A stretch of DNA of 64,000 nucleotides from an uncultured Chloroflexia bacterium (GTDB lineage: Bacteria; Chloroflexota; Limnocylindria; Limnocylindrales; CSP1-4): assembly GCA_963788375.1 (NCBI GenBank), contig CAWBGT010000001.1:7467-71466 (forward strand). Reading direction: 5' to 3'. Positions 46,432 through 54,621 of the stretch are shown here, piece by piece (the first letter of the stretch is position 1; every line of letters begins with the position of its first letter). The translations under genes were made by a program, and so were the position numbers. The notes under the pieces are model-generated. The model saw nothing but the letters and a program-made list of their open reading frames with translations, ran no database searches and was not told the origin of the DNA.

Positions 46432-47573
46432 GCCTGCGGGCGCGCCTGGCGTTCGTGATGGCACTCGTGGCGTTGCTGACCGCGGCGGCGGTTGCCGTCG
46501 CAGCCCCGACCATCGTTGGCCGGGGGTTTGCCGCCGCGCTCGGTGATGACTCCGCCATCCGCCCAGGCGGTCCGGGCCCCGGCGGCGGCATGGGCAACGG
46601 GGCTGGCGCGGGAGCAGGCCTGGGCCAGGGCGTCATGCACTGGCAACAGGTCCAGCAGGACACGATCGTCACCCTGATCGCGGTCGCGGTTCTCGCGGCC
46701 GTGGTGGCCTCGCTCGTGGGCCTGTTCCTGGCCACGCGCACGGTGCGGCCGCTCGGACGGCTCGAGGCGGCTGCCGCGGCCGTGGCCAGGGGCGATCTCG
46801 AAGCCAGGTCAGGGTTGGCGGACCGGACCGACGAGATCGGGTCACTGGCGCGCTCGTTCGACGGGATGGCGGCGGGCCTCCAGGCGACAGAGGTCTCGCG
46901 CCGCCGCTTCTTCGCCGACGCAGCCCACGAGCTCAAGACCCCGATCGCCGTCATCGACGCCACGACGTCGGCGGTCATCGATCGCGTGTACACGCACGAC
47001 GACCGTCACCTCGAGACCATCAGGGAGCAGGCGCGGCTCCTCGGCCGCATCGTCGACGATCTGCGCACCGTGTCCCTGGCCGAGGCCGGGTCGCTGCCGT
47101 TGCGGATCGAGGCCGTCCCGCTGGCACCAGTGCTGGATGCGGTAGCCCGCGGCGCGGCGGCGCGGTCGTCACCTGGGGGACCGCGCGTCGAGGCCATCGA
47201 CCCTGGCGCGCTCGCTGTCCGCGCCGACTCCGACCGGTTGCGCCAGGTCCTCAACGCGTTGACCGACAACGCCCTGCGCCACGCCGCGGCCGGCGGATGG
47301 GTGCGGATCTCGGCGACCGGCGTGCCGCCGGCCCCGCCAGGCCAGGTCCGGATCACCGTCGTCGACTCCGGCCCCGGGATCGCCCCCAACGACCTGCCGC
47401 ATGTCTTCGATCGCTTCTACCAGGCCGACCCATCCCGCGACCGATCGACCGGGACGAGCGGTCTCGGCCTCGCGATCGTGCGCGCGATCGTCGAGGCGCT
47501 CCACGGTTCGGTGACGGCTGCCAACGAACCCGGGGCCGGGGCCCGATTCGACGTGGATCTGCCCTCAGCCTGA
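46428..47573 (+). CDS. sensor histidine kinase (HAMP + HisKA + HATPase_c)
   Basis: GTG start overlapping the response-regulator stop (GTGA). Two TM segments, H-box FFADAAHELKTPIA, and N/G boxes DNALRHA and DSGPGI...GLGLAIV. Confidence 0.85.
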   Translation: MSLRARLAFVMALVALLTAAAVAVAAPTIVGRGFAAALGDDSAIRPGGPGPGGGMGNGAGAGAGLGQGVMHWQQVQQDTIVTLIAVAVLAAVVASLVGLFLATRTVRPLGRLEAAAAAVARGDLEARSGLADRTDEIGSLARSFDGMAAGLQATEVSRRRFFADAAHELKTPIAVIDATTSAVIDRVYTHDDRHLETIREQARLLGRIVDDLRTVSLAEAGSLPLRIEAVPLAPVLDAVARGAAARSSPGGPRVEAIDPGALAVRADSDRLRQVLNALTDNALRHAAAGGWVRISATGVPPAPPGQVRITVVDSGPGIAPNDLPHVFDRFYQADPSRDRSTGTSGLGLAIVRAIVEALHGSVTAANEPGAGARFDVDLPSA

Positions 47574-47775
47574 CGGGTCATCGGGCGCCGCGCCGGCCGT
47601 TCGGCCTCCCCGCGGGCACACCCGGCCAGGTCCCCGCCGCGCCGCCCCCGACGCCCCGTTGCCCACGGTTCCTCGTGCCTGCGTTCACGTATCGCCTGCC
47701 CCGGCGCCGAGTGGCCCCCGCCCGGCGCGACGCGCCCGCCGACGGCCCGGGCCGCCCGTCCCGTGACGCTGTGAC

Positions 47776-47832
47776 CAACGGCTCACACCTTATATATGTA
47801 GATAGCATATAGATAGGCAGGACATCTACTTC
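47776..47832. promoter_or_regulatory. AT-rich imperfect palindrome upstream of arsR (candidate operator/promoter)
   Basis: The segment ccttatatatgtagatagcatatagataggcag is strongly AT-rich in a genome of about 72 percent GC. Half-sites TATATGTAGATA and TATAGATAGG; lies 20-70 bp upstream of the GTG start. Confidence 0.3.
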
Positions 47833-47850
47833 CACGCAGCAGGAGGCGAC

Positions 47851-48234
47851 GTGTACGACCCCGTTGGTGAGATCGATCTGATCCAGATCGGCCTCATCCG
47901 GGCGCTCGCCGGGACGCACCGCCTGCGGATCGTCCACCTCCTGGGCCGCGGATCCCTCGAGGTGCGCGAGCTCGCCCGCGAGCTCGACCTTCCCCAGGCC
48001 ACGGTCTCCCAGAACCTGGCTGCCATGCGGGCGGCAGGTCTCGTGGATGCGACGCGAGAGGGCCGCGCGGTCCGCTACCGCCTCGCCGATCCGGAGATTC
48101 TCGCCGCCTGCGACCTCATGCGGAACGTGATCGTCCGCCGCCTTTCAGCGCTCGGCAACCTCGCCGCCGCAGCCGGTGACGGGCAGCCGGCGATCTCCAG
48201 GAACCAACTTCCGGCACAGGTGACCAATCGATGA
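47851..48234 (+). CDS. ArsR/SmtB-family transcriptional regulator
   Basis: GTG start with AGGAGG RBS. HTH segment LRIVHLLGRGSLEVRELARELDLPQATVSQNLAAMRAAGLV. Confidence 0.8.
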   Translation: MYDPVGEIDLIQIGLIRALAGTHRLRIVHLLGRGSLEVRELARELDLPQATVSQNLAAMRAAGLVDATREGRAVRYRLADPEILAACDLMRNVIVRRLSALGNLAAAAGDGQPAISRNQLPAQVTNR

Positions 48235-48638
48235 GCGACAGCCTCAATCTCGTCATGTTCTCCGGCACGGCCGACAAGCTGCACGCAGCGGCGACGCTGG
48301 CCGCCGGGGCGGCCGCGATGGACCGGCCGGTGAACGTCCTGCTCCAGTACTGGGCGCTGGACGCGTTCCGGTCTGATCGGCTGGACGTGAACCACGGCCT
48401 CGCCTGGGACGCCATGGCCGACGGCGCGAGCCGCCCGGTCAAGGGCACGGCGGCCATTCCCTGGCTGGACACCTTCCGGATGGCCAAGGAGCTCGGATCG
48501 GTCTCGATCCTGGCCTGCTCCGGGTCGCTGGATGTCCTGGGCATCGACGTCACCGCCCTCGATCCGATCGTCGATTCGTCGGGCGGGATCGCCGTCTTCC
48601 TGCTGGCCGCCGAAGACGGCCAGCTCGTCTTCATCTAG
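48231..48638 (+). CDS. DsrE/DsrF-like sulfur-relay family protein (lacks obvious active-site Cys context)
   Basis: ATGA overlap with arsR. 135 aa with a DsrE-like fold; single Cys in LACSGSLD. Confidence 0.6.
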   Translation: MSDSLNLVMFSGTADKLHAAATLAAGAAAMDRPVNVLLQYWALDAFRSDRLDVNHGLAWDAMADGASRPVKGTAAIPWLDTFRMAKELGSVSILACSGSLDVLGIDVTALDPIVDSSGGIAVFLLAAEDGQLVFI

Positions 48639-48666
48639 CCGCCTCAAGGAGGGCACGGAGAACCCG

Positions 48667-49035
48667 ATGGCCGATCACGAGAAGCTCGTATTCATGGTGA
48701 CGCACGGGCCCGACCATCCCGAGCACGCCACCCTTCCCTTCGTGATGGCCGCCGCCGCGCTGGCATCGGATGTCGCCGTGACGATGGGCTTTCAGGCCGA
48801 TGCCGTGAGGCTCATGACGACCGGGGTGGCCGAAACGGTCGCCGCACCCGGCTTCCCGCCCCTGGCCAAGCTCGTCGCCGACGTCCGCGAGCTGGGCGGC
48901 CTGCTCCTCGTCTGCAACCCGTGCCTCAAGAGTCGGGACATCGCGCCCGACGACCTCGTCGCCGGTGCCGAGGTGGTCGCCGCAGGCCGCTTCGTCGCCG
49001 AGATCACGTCCGCCACCAACTCTCTCGTGTACTAG
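48667..49035 (+). CDS. DsrE-family sulfurtransferase-like protein
   Basis: AAGGAGG RBS. VFMVTHGPDHPEHATLPFVMAAAA and LLVCNPCLKSR, with Cys in the position of the DsrE sulfur-carrier cysteine. Confidence 0.7.
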   Translation: MADHEKLVFMVTHGPDHPEHATLPFVMAAAALASDVAVTMGFQADAVRLMTTGVAETVAAPGFPPLAKLVADVRELGGLLLVCNPCLKSRDIAPDDLVAGAEVVAAGRFVAEITSATNSLVY

Positions 49036-49047
49036 GAGACCGCTGAA

Positions 49048-49308
49048 ATGACCGCAACCGTTGCCGAGCTCGAGGCCATCGAGGCCGCCGAGATCATCGA
49101 TGCCCGCGGCGCAGCCTGCCCGGGCCCGCTGCTCGAGGCCAAGAAGGGCATGTCCGGGGTCCCCGTGGGCTCCGTGATCGAGATCTGGTCCACCGACCCG
49201 GGCACCAAGAGCGACATCTCGGCCTGGTCCGGCAAGGTCGGCCACGACTTCATGGGCACGCTCGAGGCCGACGGCTACGACCGCGTGTTCGTCACCCGCC
49301 GCAAGTAG
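49048..49308 (+). CDS. tusA: TusA-like sulfur carrier protein
   Basis: IDARGAACPGPLLEAKKGM carries the CPxP motif of the TusA/SirA family; 86 aa. Confidence 0.8.
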   Translation: MTATVAELEAIEAAEIIDARGAACPGPLLEAKKGMSGVPVGSVIEIWSTDPGTKSDISAWSGKVGHDFMGTLEADGYDRVFVTRRK

Positions 49309-49386
49309 CACCCGATCGCTGATGTCGTCTCGACCCGCTTCAACCGGCGTCGCGGCGACACCCCGGCCTGCAGGAGCACCGCGTCC

Positions 49387-49836
49387 ATGACCGCACCCAT
49401 CGCGACCGAACCGCATGCACCGGGCGAATCCTTCGTCCCGCGGATCCTCGTGTTCTCCACGAACAACATCTCCGATCCCGGCATCGACCTCGCCGGCAGC
49501 GCCCACATGCACTACTCGCCGGGCGTGAACGTCATCGGCCTGCCGTGCACAAGCGGCATCCGGCCGTCATGGATCCTGCACGCGCTGGAGTCCGGCTTCG
49601 ACGGGGTGTTCGTGGCATCCGACGGGGACGAGTGCGCCTACCTGCCAGACTGCGCCAAGCGCTCCAGCCGGATCATGGCGGAGGCGCAGAAGCAGCTCAA
49701 GGAGAAGGGCCTCACGGCCAACCGGCTGCGCATGGCCGCGATCTGCTCGGTCTGCTCGGAGCCGTTCACCAAGCATGTCCAGGGGTTCTCGGAAGCGTTG
49801 CGCGCGATGGGCCCGGCGAAGGCGGAATCACGATGA
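49387..49836 (+). CDS. MvhD/FlpD-like hydrogenase iron-sulfur (2Fe-2S) subunit homolog
   Basis: ILVFSTNN...VIGLPCTSGIRPSWILHALESGFDGVFVASDGDECAYLPDC matches the MvhD family. ATGA overlap with the next gene. Confidence 0.7.
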   Translation: MTAPIATEPHAPGESFVPRILVFSTNNISDPGIDLAGSAHMHYSPGVNVIGLPCTSGIRPSWILHALESGFDGVFVASDGDECAYLPDCAKRSSRIMAEAQKQLKEKGLTANRLRMAAICSVCSEPFTKHVQGFSEALRAMGPAKAESR

Positions 49837-52601
49837 CCGACAGCTGCGCCACCCGCGACGAGGCCCCGGCCGCCACGGACTACGACGTCCTGGTCGTGGG
49901 TTCGGGCATCGGCGGCATGGAGTCCGCCCTCAAGCTCGGCGACATGGGCTACAAGGTCCTGCTGGTCGAGAAGGAGGCCAGTGTCGGCGGCAAGATGATC
50001 CTGCTGTCGAAGGTCTTCCCGACGCTCGACTGCGCGTCCTGCATCTCGACGCCCAAGATGGCGTCGACGATCCACCACCCCAACATCACGGCCATGACCT
50101 ACGGCCGGGTGGACCAGATCCGGACCGCGGCCGACGGCACCTTCAAGGCCAAGGTCACCCAGAAGGCCCGATTCGTCGACATCGACTCCTGCACCGGCTG
50201 CCAGAAGTGCGAGACCGCGTGCACGGTCGCGGTGCCGGACCAGTTCAACGCGGATCTGGTGGCCCGCCGGGCGGCCCACATCACGTTCCCCCAGGCCGTG
50301 CCCAAGAAGGCGGTCATCGACCGCGCCGGAAGCTCGCCCTGCTCGTTCGCATGCCCGGCCGGGATCCAGGCCCACGGCTACGTCAGCCTGATCCGCAGCG
50401 GCCTCGACGAGGAGGCCTACCGGCTGGTGCTGGACGCCACCCCGTTCGTGGGCACGCTCGGGCGCGCCTGCTACGCCCCGTGCGAGGTCGACTGCACCCG
50501 CGGCTCGCTGGAGGGCACGCTCCCGATCCGGCGCCTCAAGCGCTACGCCTCCGACGTGCACGACGCCAGCGGCGCGGACAACGGCATCGAGCGGCCGCAG
50601 GCCAACGGCCGGCGTGTTGCCATCGTGGGCTCCGGGCCCACCGGGCTCACCGCCGCCTGGCAGCTGGGCCGCCTGGGCTACGCGGTCAAGGTGTTCGAGG
50701 CGGCCCCGGTCGCCGGCGGCTTCCTGCGCCTGGGCATCCCGTCCTACCGGCTGCCCGAGGCCGTGGTGGAGCGCGACATCGAGAACGTCACCGCGCTCGG
50801 CGTGGAGATCGTGACCGGCTCGCCGGTCGCCGACCCCGCGGCGCTCAAGGACAACGGCTTCGACGCCGTGCTGGTCGCCATCGGCACCCATCGCTCGACC
50901 TCCCTGGGCGTCCCGGGCGAGGACCGGCTGGGCGTCCTGGGCGGAACCGACTTCCTTCGCCGGGTGAAGCTCGATGAGGCACCCGCGCTCGCAGGCAAGC
51001 GCGTGATCGTCGTGGGTGGCGGCAACGTGGCGATGGACGCCGCGCGCACGGCCCGGCGCCTGGGCGCGGAGTCGGTCACCGTGGCCTACCGCCGGAGCCG
51101 CGACGAGATGCCGGCCCACCACGTCGAAGCCGCGGATGCGGAGAGGGAGGGCGTCGCCTTCCGGCTCCTGGTCGCCCCGGCAGAGGTCCTGGGCGATGCG
51201 AACGGGGCGGTCTCCGGCCTGCGCTGCCAGGAGATGCGCCTGGGCGCGCCGGACGCGTCCGGCCGCCGCTCGGCCGAGCCCGTCCCGGGCTCCGACACGA
51301 CCATCCCGGCCGACGTGATCATTGCCGCTATCGGCATGCGCCCGGACACGAGCGCGTTCGGCGACCGGGTCGCGGTCCATCCCAACGGCCGGCTGGTCAG
51401 CGACAAGGCCTCCTGCCAGACCGCGACGCCGCACGTGTTCGCCGCCGGCGACGCGGTGCACGGACCCACCGACATCACGCGGGCGGTGGGGGAGGGCCGC
51501 AAGGCCGCCCACCAGATCGACGCCTGGCTCTCGGGCCGCGAGTTCGATGACTGGGACACGCGCCTCCCCGTCGTGGACAAGGAGCAGGTGCTGGCCCGCC
51601 AGAAGGCATACACGGTCTCGGCGCCCACGCCCGAGGGCTCCGAACTCGTGGCGGCCCCCGCGGACTTCCGGGAGGTGGAGGCCGGGCTCACGCAGCAGGA
51701 GGCCCGCCGGGCCGCCGGCCGGTGCATCGACTGCGCGGTGTGCTCCGAGTGCAACGAGTGCGTCTCGGCCTGTCCCGTCGATGGCTGCATCGACCTGCGG
51801 GCCCGCGACGAGGAGAGGGAGATCAAGGTCGGCGCCGTCGTGGTCTCGACCGGCTTCAAGCTGTTCCCCGCGGACCTCAAGCCCGAGTACGGGTACGGCC
51901 TGTACAAGAACGTCATCACCGGCATGCAGATGGACCGGCTCCTCGCTCCGACGCGGCCGTTCAACACGATCCTGCGCCCGGGCGACGGCAAGGTCCCCGA
52001 GCGGATCGCGTACATCCTGTGCACCGGGTCCCGCGACGAGACCGTGGGCAATCCCCTCTGCTCCCGGTTCTGCTGCATGTACTCCATCAAGCAGAACCAG
52101 CTCCTGATGGGCGCCCTGCCCCTGGCCGACATCACCGTCCACTACATGGACATCCGCGCGCCGGGCAAACGCTACGACGAGTTCTACGAGCAGGCGAAGG
52201 GCATGGGCGCGACCTACGTCAAGGGCCGGGTTGCGGACGTGACCGAGACGCCCGACGGGGACCTGATCCTCAAGTACGAGGACATCGAGAACGGTGGCGC
52301 CATCACCGAGGCCGAGTACGACCTGGTGGTGCTGGCGGTGGGCGTGCTGCCCAATCGCGACGCCGAGCGGCTGTTCGAGGTGGGCGAGCTCGCCCTGGAT
52401 GAATGGCAGTATGTGGCCGAGCCGGAGGAAGACGTGAACCCGGGCCAGACGAACATCCCCGGGGTCTACGTGGCCGGTGCCGCGTCGGGTGCCAAGGACA
52501 TCGCGGACTCCATCCTCCACGCAGGCGCCGCCGTGGCCCAGGTCGCGGCCCACCTCGAGCGGACGAAGCCCGTGCCGCAGATCGAGCTGGTGCCGGCATG
52601 A
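49833..52601 (+). CDS. HdrA-like flavoprotein with inserted GltD/NfnB-like NAD(P)H-binding Fe-S domain (HdrL-type fusion)
   Basis: 922 aa. N-terminal FAD motif DVLVVGSGIGGMESA; 4Fe-4S motif CTGCQKCETAC; inserted GltD-like block with CSFACPAGIQ, ACYAPCEVDC, VAIVGSGPTGLTAA and VIVVGGGNVAMD; ferredoxin CIDCAVCSECNECVSACP; HdrA motifs CTGSRDE...CSRFCCMYS and GVYVAGAASG. Confidence 0.8.
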   Translation: MTDSCATRDEAPAATDYDVLVVGSGIGGMESALKLGDMGYKVLLVEKEASVGGKMILLSKVFPTLDCASCISTPKMASTIHHPNITAMTYGRVDQIRTAADGTFKAKVTQKARFVDIDSCTGCQKCETACTVAVPDQFNADLVARRAAHITFPQAVPKKAVIDRAGSSPCSFACPAGIQAHGYVSLIRSGLDEEAYRLVLDATPFVGTLGRACYAPCEVDCTRGSLEGTLPIRRLKRYASDVHDASGADNGIERPQANGRRVAIVGSGPTGLTAAWQLGRLGYAVKVFEAAPVAGGFLRLGIPSYRLPEAVVERDIENVTALGVEIVTGSPVADPAALKDNGFDAVLVAIGTHRSTSLGVPGEDRLGVLGGTDFLRRVKLDEAPALAGKRVIVVGGGNVAMDAARTARRLGAESVTVAYRRSRDEMPAHHVEAADAEREGVAFRLLVAPAEVLGDANGAVSGLRCQEMRLGAPDASGRRSAEPVPGSDTTIPADVIIAAIGMRPDTSAFGDRVAVHPNGRLVSDKASCQTATPHVFAAGDAVHGPTDITRAVGEGRKAAHQIDAWLSGREFDDWDTRLPVVDKEQVLARQKAYTVSAPTPEGSELVAAPADFREVEAGLTQQEARRAAGRCIDCAVCSECNECVSACPVDGCIDLRARDEEREIKVGAVVVSTGFKLFPADLKPEYGYGLYKNVITGMQMDRLLAPTRPFNTILRPGDGKVPERIAYILCTGSRDETVGNPLCSRFCCMYSIKQNQLLMGALPLADITVHYMDIRAPGKRYDEFYEQAKGMGATYVKGRVADVTETPDGDLILKYEDIENGGAITEAEYDLVVLAVGVLPNRDAERLFEVGELALDEWQYVAEPEEDVNPGQTNIPGVYVAGAASGAKDIADSILHAGAAVAQVAAHLERTKPVPQIELVPA

Positions 52602-54376
52602 GCGAGCAGACCCAGGACCTTGCCATGGGCCAGCCAGCCCCCGAGGCCGAGTCCGGCCGCCGGATCGGCGTGTATGTCTGCCACTGCGGCGGCAACATCT
52701 CCGACTACGTCGACGTCGAGAAGGTCATCGACGACATCAAGGACAACGGTGACGTCGTGGTCGCCAAGACCGCGATGTTCACCTGCTCGGACGCCACCCA
52801 GTCCGAGATCGTCGCGGACATCCAGGCCAACGAGCTCGATGGCCTCGTGGTGGCCTCCTGCTCGCCCAAGCTGCACACCTACACCTTCCGGGGCGTGGCC
52901 CAGCGGGCCGGCCTCAACCCGTACGAGTACACCCAGGTCAACATCCGGGAGCAGTGCTCCTGGGTCCACACGGACGACCACGACGGAGCGACCGCCAAGG
53001 CCACCGCGCTCGTGGAGGCCGGCATCGGACGGACGCGCCACACGGTGCCCCTGGAGCCGATGGTCGTGGAGACCCTCCCCCACACGCTCATCATCGGCGG
53101 CGGGATCGCCGGTCTCCGGGCGGCCGTCGGGCTGGCCGACATCGGCCTCAAGGTGACGCTCGTCGAGCGTGAGCTGGAGCTGGGTGGACGCGTCGGCCGG
53201 CTGGGGGCGATGTACCCCCACAACCGGAAGGGCTCGGAGCTGATCGCCCACCTGGTGGCCGAGGTGCGCAAGCGCCCGGCGATCACGGTCCTCACGGGCG
53301 CGGAGCTGGTCGCCAAGGCCGGCAGCTTTGGCAACTACCGGGTGAGCCTCCAGATCGGCGGGGAGGGTGCCGGCACCATTGAGGTGGCCGTGGGCTCCAT
53401 CGTCGTGGCCACGGGCTTCGACGACTACCGCCCCGAGGAGGGCGAGCTGGGCTACGGCATCGAAGGTGTCGTCACCCTGACCGAGTTCAAGGAGGTCGTG
53501 GATGGCTCAACCGACGGGCTTGCCTGGAACGGCCGGCCGGTTCGCAGCGTGGCCTACGTGTACTGCGTCGGCAGCCGCAACACGGCCGGATGCGCCAACG
53601 CGTACTGCTCGCGGTACTGCTGCGCCGCCACCGTCCAGACGGCCGTCGAGGTCTCGGGCCTCGACCCGTCCATCCGCCAGTTCCACCTGTACCGGGACAT
53701 GCGGACGTACGGCAAGTTCGAGCCGCTGTACACGGAGGCGCGCAAGTCCGGCTCGGTCTTCCTCAAGTTCGACAACGAGGAGCCGCCTGCGGTCGCGAAG
53801 GGCCCCGACGGAACGCTGACGGTCACCGTCCGCGACGTGCTCACCGAGCGCATCGAGATGGCGATCCCGGTGGACCTCGTGGTCCTGGTCACGGCCATGG
53901 TCCCGCGGGCCAACCAGGGCCTCGTGGACGTCCTCAAGCTCCCGGCCGGCAGCGATGGGTTCTTCAACGAGATCCATCCCAAGCTGCGACCCGTGGAGAC
54001 GGTGGTGGATGGGGTGCTGATCGCCGGCGCCTGCCAGGGTCCCAAGACGTCGGGCGAGAGCGTCATGTCCGGCCTGGCCGCCGTGACCCAGAGCGCCGCG
54101 GTCCTCAAGAAGGGTTACACGGAGCTCGACCCGCTGGTCGCGATCGTGGAGCCGGAGGCATGCACCGCCTGCGGCGACTGCCTCACAGCGTGCCCCTATG
54201 ACGCGATCTCCATGGCCGAGGAGGCTGACCGGCACTTCGCGGTCATCAGCCCCACCGGCTGCAAGGGCTGCGGCGGCTGCGTGCCGATCTGTCCGGAGAA
54301 CGCGATCGACCTGCTCGGCTATACCGACGCCCAGATCACGTCGATGATCGAAAGCCTCGTGGAGGTTCCTGTCTGA
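52598..54376 (+). CDS. hdrA: heterodisulfide reductase subunit A-like flavoprotein
   Basis: 592 aa. N-terminal cluster IGVYVCHCGGNI; FAD motif LIIGGGIAGLRAA; VYCVGSRN...CSRYCC; C-terminal 2x[4Fe-4S] CTACGDCLTACP and CKGCGGCVPICP. ATGA overlap upstream, TGATG overlap downstream. Confidence 0.85.
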   Translation: MSEQTQDLAMGQPAPEAESGRRIGVYVCHCGGNISDYVDVEKVIDDIKDNGDVVVAKTAMFTCSDATQSEIVADIQANELDGLVVASCSPKLHTYTFRGVAQRAGLNPYEYTQVNIREQCSWVHTDDHDGATAKATALVEAGIGRTRHTVPLEPMVVETLPHTLIIGGGIAGLRAAVGLADIGLKVTLVERELELGGRVGRLGAMYPHNRKGSELIAHLVAEVRKRPAITVLTGAELVAKAGSFGNYRVSLQIGGEGAGTIEVAVGSIVVATGFDDYRPEEGELGYGIEGVVTLTEFKEVVDGSTDGLAWNGRPVRSVAYVYCVGSRNTAGCANAYCSRYCCAATVQTAVEVSGLDPSIRQFHLYRDMRTYGKFEPLYTEARKSGSVFLKFDNEEPPAVAKGPDGTLTVTVRDVLTERIEMAIPVDLVVLVTAMVPRANQGLVDVLKLPAGSDGFFNEIHPKLRPVETVVDGVLIAGACQGPKTSGESVMSGLAAVTQSAAVLKKGYTELDPLVAIVEPEACTACGDCLTACPYDAISMAEEADRHFAVISPTGCKGCGGCVPICPENAIDLLGYTDAQITSMIESLVEVPV

Positions 54377-54621
54377 TGCCTGACCTGTCCCGGGACCCGC
54401 GCGAGGTCATGCGGGAGGAGCCCGTGATGCGGCCCCGCATCCTCGCCGCCCTCCAGGCCGGTCCCCTCACCGTTCCCGAGATTGCCACGGCCGTTGGCTC
54501 GCCCACTCACGAGGTCCTGTTCTGGGTCATGGGCATGCGCCGCTACGGGTGGCTCGAGGAGATCAAGGGCAACGCCCCCGACGGCTACTTCCAGTACCAG
54601 CCCACCGGGCGGGAGTCCTGA
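54376..54621 (+). CDS. small winged-helix-like protein embedded in the hdr operon
   Basis: 81-aa ORF overlapping both neighbours by 1 bp; ILAALQAGPLTVPEIATAVGSPTHEVLFWVMGMRRYGWLEE is wHTH-like. Confidence 0.4.
   Translation: MPDLSRDPREVMREEPVMRPRILAALQAGPLTVPEIATAVGSPTHEVLFWVMGMRRYGWLEEIKGNAPDGYFQYQPTGRES

Noticed and set aside
49638-52553. 971-aa minus-strand ORF
   Set aside because: Antisense to the hdrL-like gene, which has unmistakable FAD and Fe-S motifs.
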